Assembly (NCBI GenBank): GCA_030770535.1
Contig: JASVEC010000020.1
Coordinates: forward strand, 372,001 to 436,000
Reading direction: 5' to 3'
Length of the DNA: 64,000 nucleotides
From: Batkoa obscura
Taxonomy: Eukaryota
The notes under the pieces were generated by a model. The model saw only the letters and a list, made by a program, of their open reading frames with translations. It was not told where the DNA came from and searched no databases. Position 1 is the stretch's first letter, and every line of letters begins with the position of its first letter. This document shows, piece by piece, positions 62,491 through 64,000 of this stretch. The position numbers and the translations under genes were made by a program.

Positions 62491-63276
62491 TTAATAATTT
62501 TGTTCAATAAAGGACTTGAACATAAATAACTTAGTATAGACCCCTGGGAAATTCTTTTGAGCACATCCATGACCCCATGAAGTAATGCCAACAAGAGTAG
62601 TTTTTCCTGCTTCAACTTTGAAGATTGGACCTCCAGAATCACCTTGACAAGCATCTTTAGCTCCTTCTGGATAACCAGCACAGAACATTACTGTATCATT
62701 GACTATTTTGTTAACTGATTTATAAGAGTCAACACATTTCTTAGTATCATAAGTAGGCACTTTTAATTCTAGTAAAACATTACTTCCTTTACCACCTGCT
62801 GAAGTAGCACCCCAACCAACAGTAACCAATAATTGATTTGTTGATTTAGCAAATGTACCATCATCAATAACAAAAGTATCTTTTTGAGCTAAGCCCCAAG
62901 TACCATCAATTTTCCAAATAGCTACATCATTTAAATCAAACTTATTGGCATCATAATCTGGATGAGCTTTACGATCAATCACTTGATATCTCTTACCTTG
63001 TTCTTTATCTTCAGTAAGAGATATATCATGACGATGGAAACTGGCACTCCAATTCTTGGTATCATAAACAGTACAGTGAGCAGCGGTGATGATCAAATTG
63101 TTTTTGTAAGCCATTCCACCACATAAATGACGTTTTAAGAAATCTAAACTTAACATCCATGGATATTTAAATTTAGGTGATACTTCATATCCTCCAATAA
63201 TTCTTGCAGGTGGTAGTACATCGGCTGCTTGAGATAAAGTGACTAATGCTGAGAGAGCTACTAATTTCAAATTCAT
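62491..63276 (-). CDS. secreted trypsin (S1A), copy 2
   Basis: R-IIGG; TAAHC, NDVAIWK, DACQGDSGGP. Confidence 0.95.
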   Translation of the reverse strand: MNLKLVALSALVTLSQAADVLPPARIIGGYEVSPKFKYPWMLSLDFLKRHLCGGMAYKNNLIITAAHCTVYDTKNWSASFHRHDISLTEDKEQGKRYQVIDRKAHPDYDANKFDLNDVAIWKIDGTWGLAQKDTFVIDDGTFAKSTNQLLVTVGWGATSAGGKGSNVLLELKVPTYDTKKCVDSYKSVNKIVNDTVMFCAGYPEGAKDACQGDSGGPIFKVEAGKTTLVGITSWGHGCAQKNFPGVYTKLFMFKSFIEQNY

Positions 63277-64000
63277 AATTGATTTTTTTCATTAATTTTG
63301 AAGCTCTTGCTTTGTATTTATACTTTTCAAATGTACTGATTGTATTATTTAATGTTGAAATCACGTTTTTAATTATTCTTAATTCGAGCATTGAGTACAA
63401 TGGTTCGCTTTTATTTTGGATTGTCATGAATTGTGAGAATGTGGAAATTAATTTTATGCAAATTACTACAAAATTTAATAATTTTATTATTTACTATATA
63501 TAATATACACATTTATCAAAACTTAGAAATAAAAATAATAGTTCTGTTTAAGATACATATCTCTTCTGAATAAGGATGAATTTTAAGAGACCTATTTTAG
63601 CGTAAAGTTAGATTTATTTACTTTTAAAGTATCTTTACTATAGCCTTTACTATAATACTATTGAGTGTCACCCTACAAATAACAAATAGCTTTTTCTACT
63701 TAAAAGGGTAATCGCTTAATCTTTATATTAATAAATTAATTCTGATAACTAAACTAGTGGCTTATAAGGCAAAACATTGCGTTAGGTACTATTCCTATCA
63801 TTTATATAGAATTCAATCTTTATTTCTATACATCTGTATAAAATTTCAAAAACATAATCAGGTTTATAAAGATTGTTTTTAATTTCAACTACTTTGTAGT
63901 TGCTTTTTTAGTTTTACTTGCCAAATAGTTATAAAAGTTTTTAGAAAGACAGAGCATATATCAAAACCGCCTTGAATTGTTAATTCTTTATGTATCTTTT

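Overview
AT-rich eukaryotic (fungal) genomic DNA with short (~45-110 nt) GT-AG introns. Gene content and style suggest an early-diverging, probably insect-associated fungus (Entomophthoromycotina-like); this is inference only. Housekeeping genes: nitronate monooxygenase ending in SKL, ATP10, peroxisomal thiolase, BMS1, a PH-RhoGAP, two RNR small subunits, two long-chain acyl-CoA synthetases. Secreted intronless genes: a His-brace LPMO-like protein, a beta-propeller, a bacterial-type CAP protein, a tyrosinase and two trypsins. There are many decayed paralogues (four F-box-like genes, a propeller, a trypsin), a dead IS630/Tc1 transposase and a DDE-less CENP-B-type HTH gene. Highlights: (1) 19 copies of a ~100-bp hairpin MITE (GGGGATGT...ACATCCCC) with a 4-bp AWWT target-site duplication, confirmed by an empty site in a paralogue (Sola1-like signature); (2) two RNR2 paralogues sharing a 1,324-bp apparently identical inverted repeat around a 13.2-kb segment but with different N-termini and promoters; (3) repeated mirror-image (inverted-duplication) organisation, including a ~13-kb palindrome relic centred on the LPMO-like gene.
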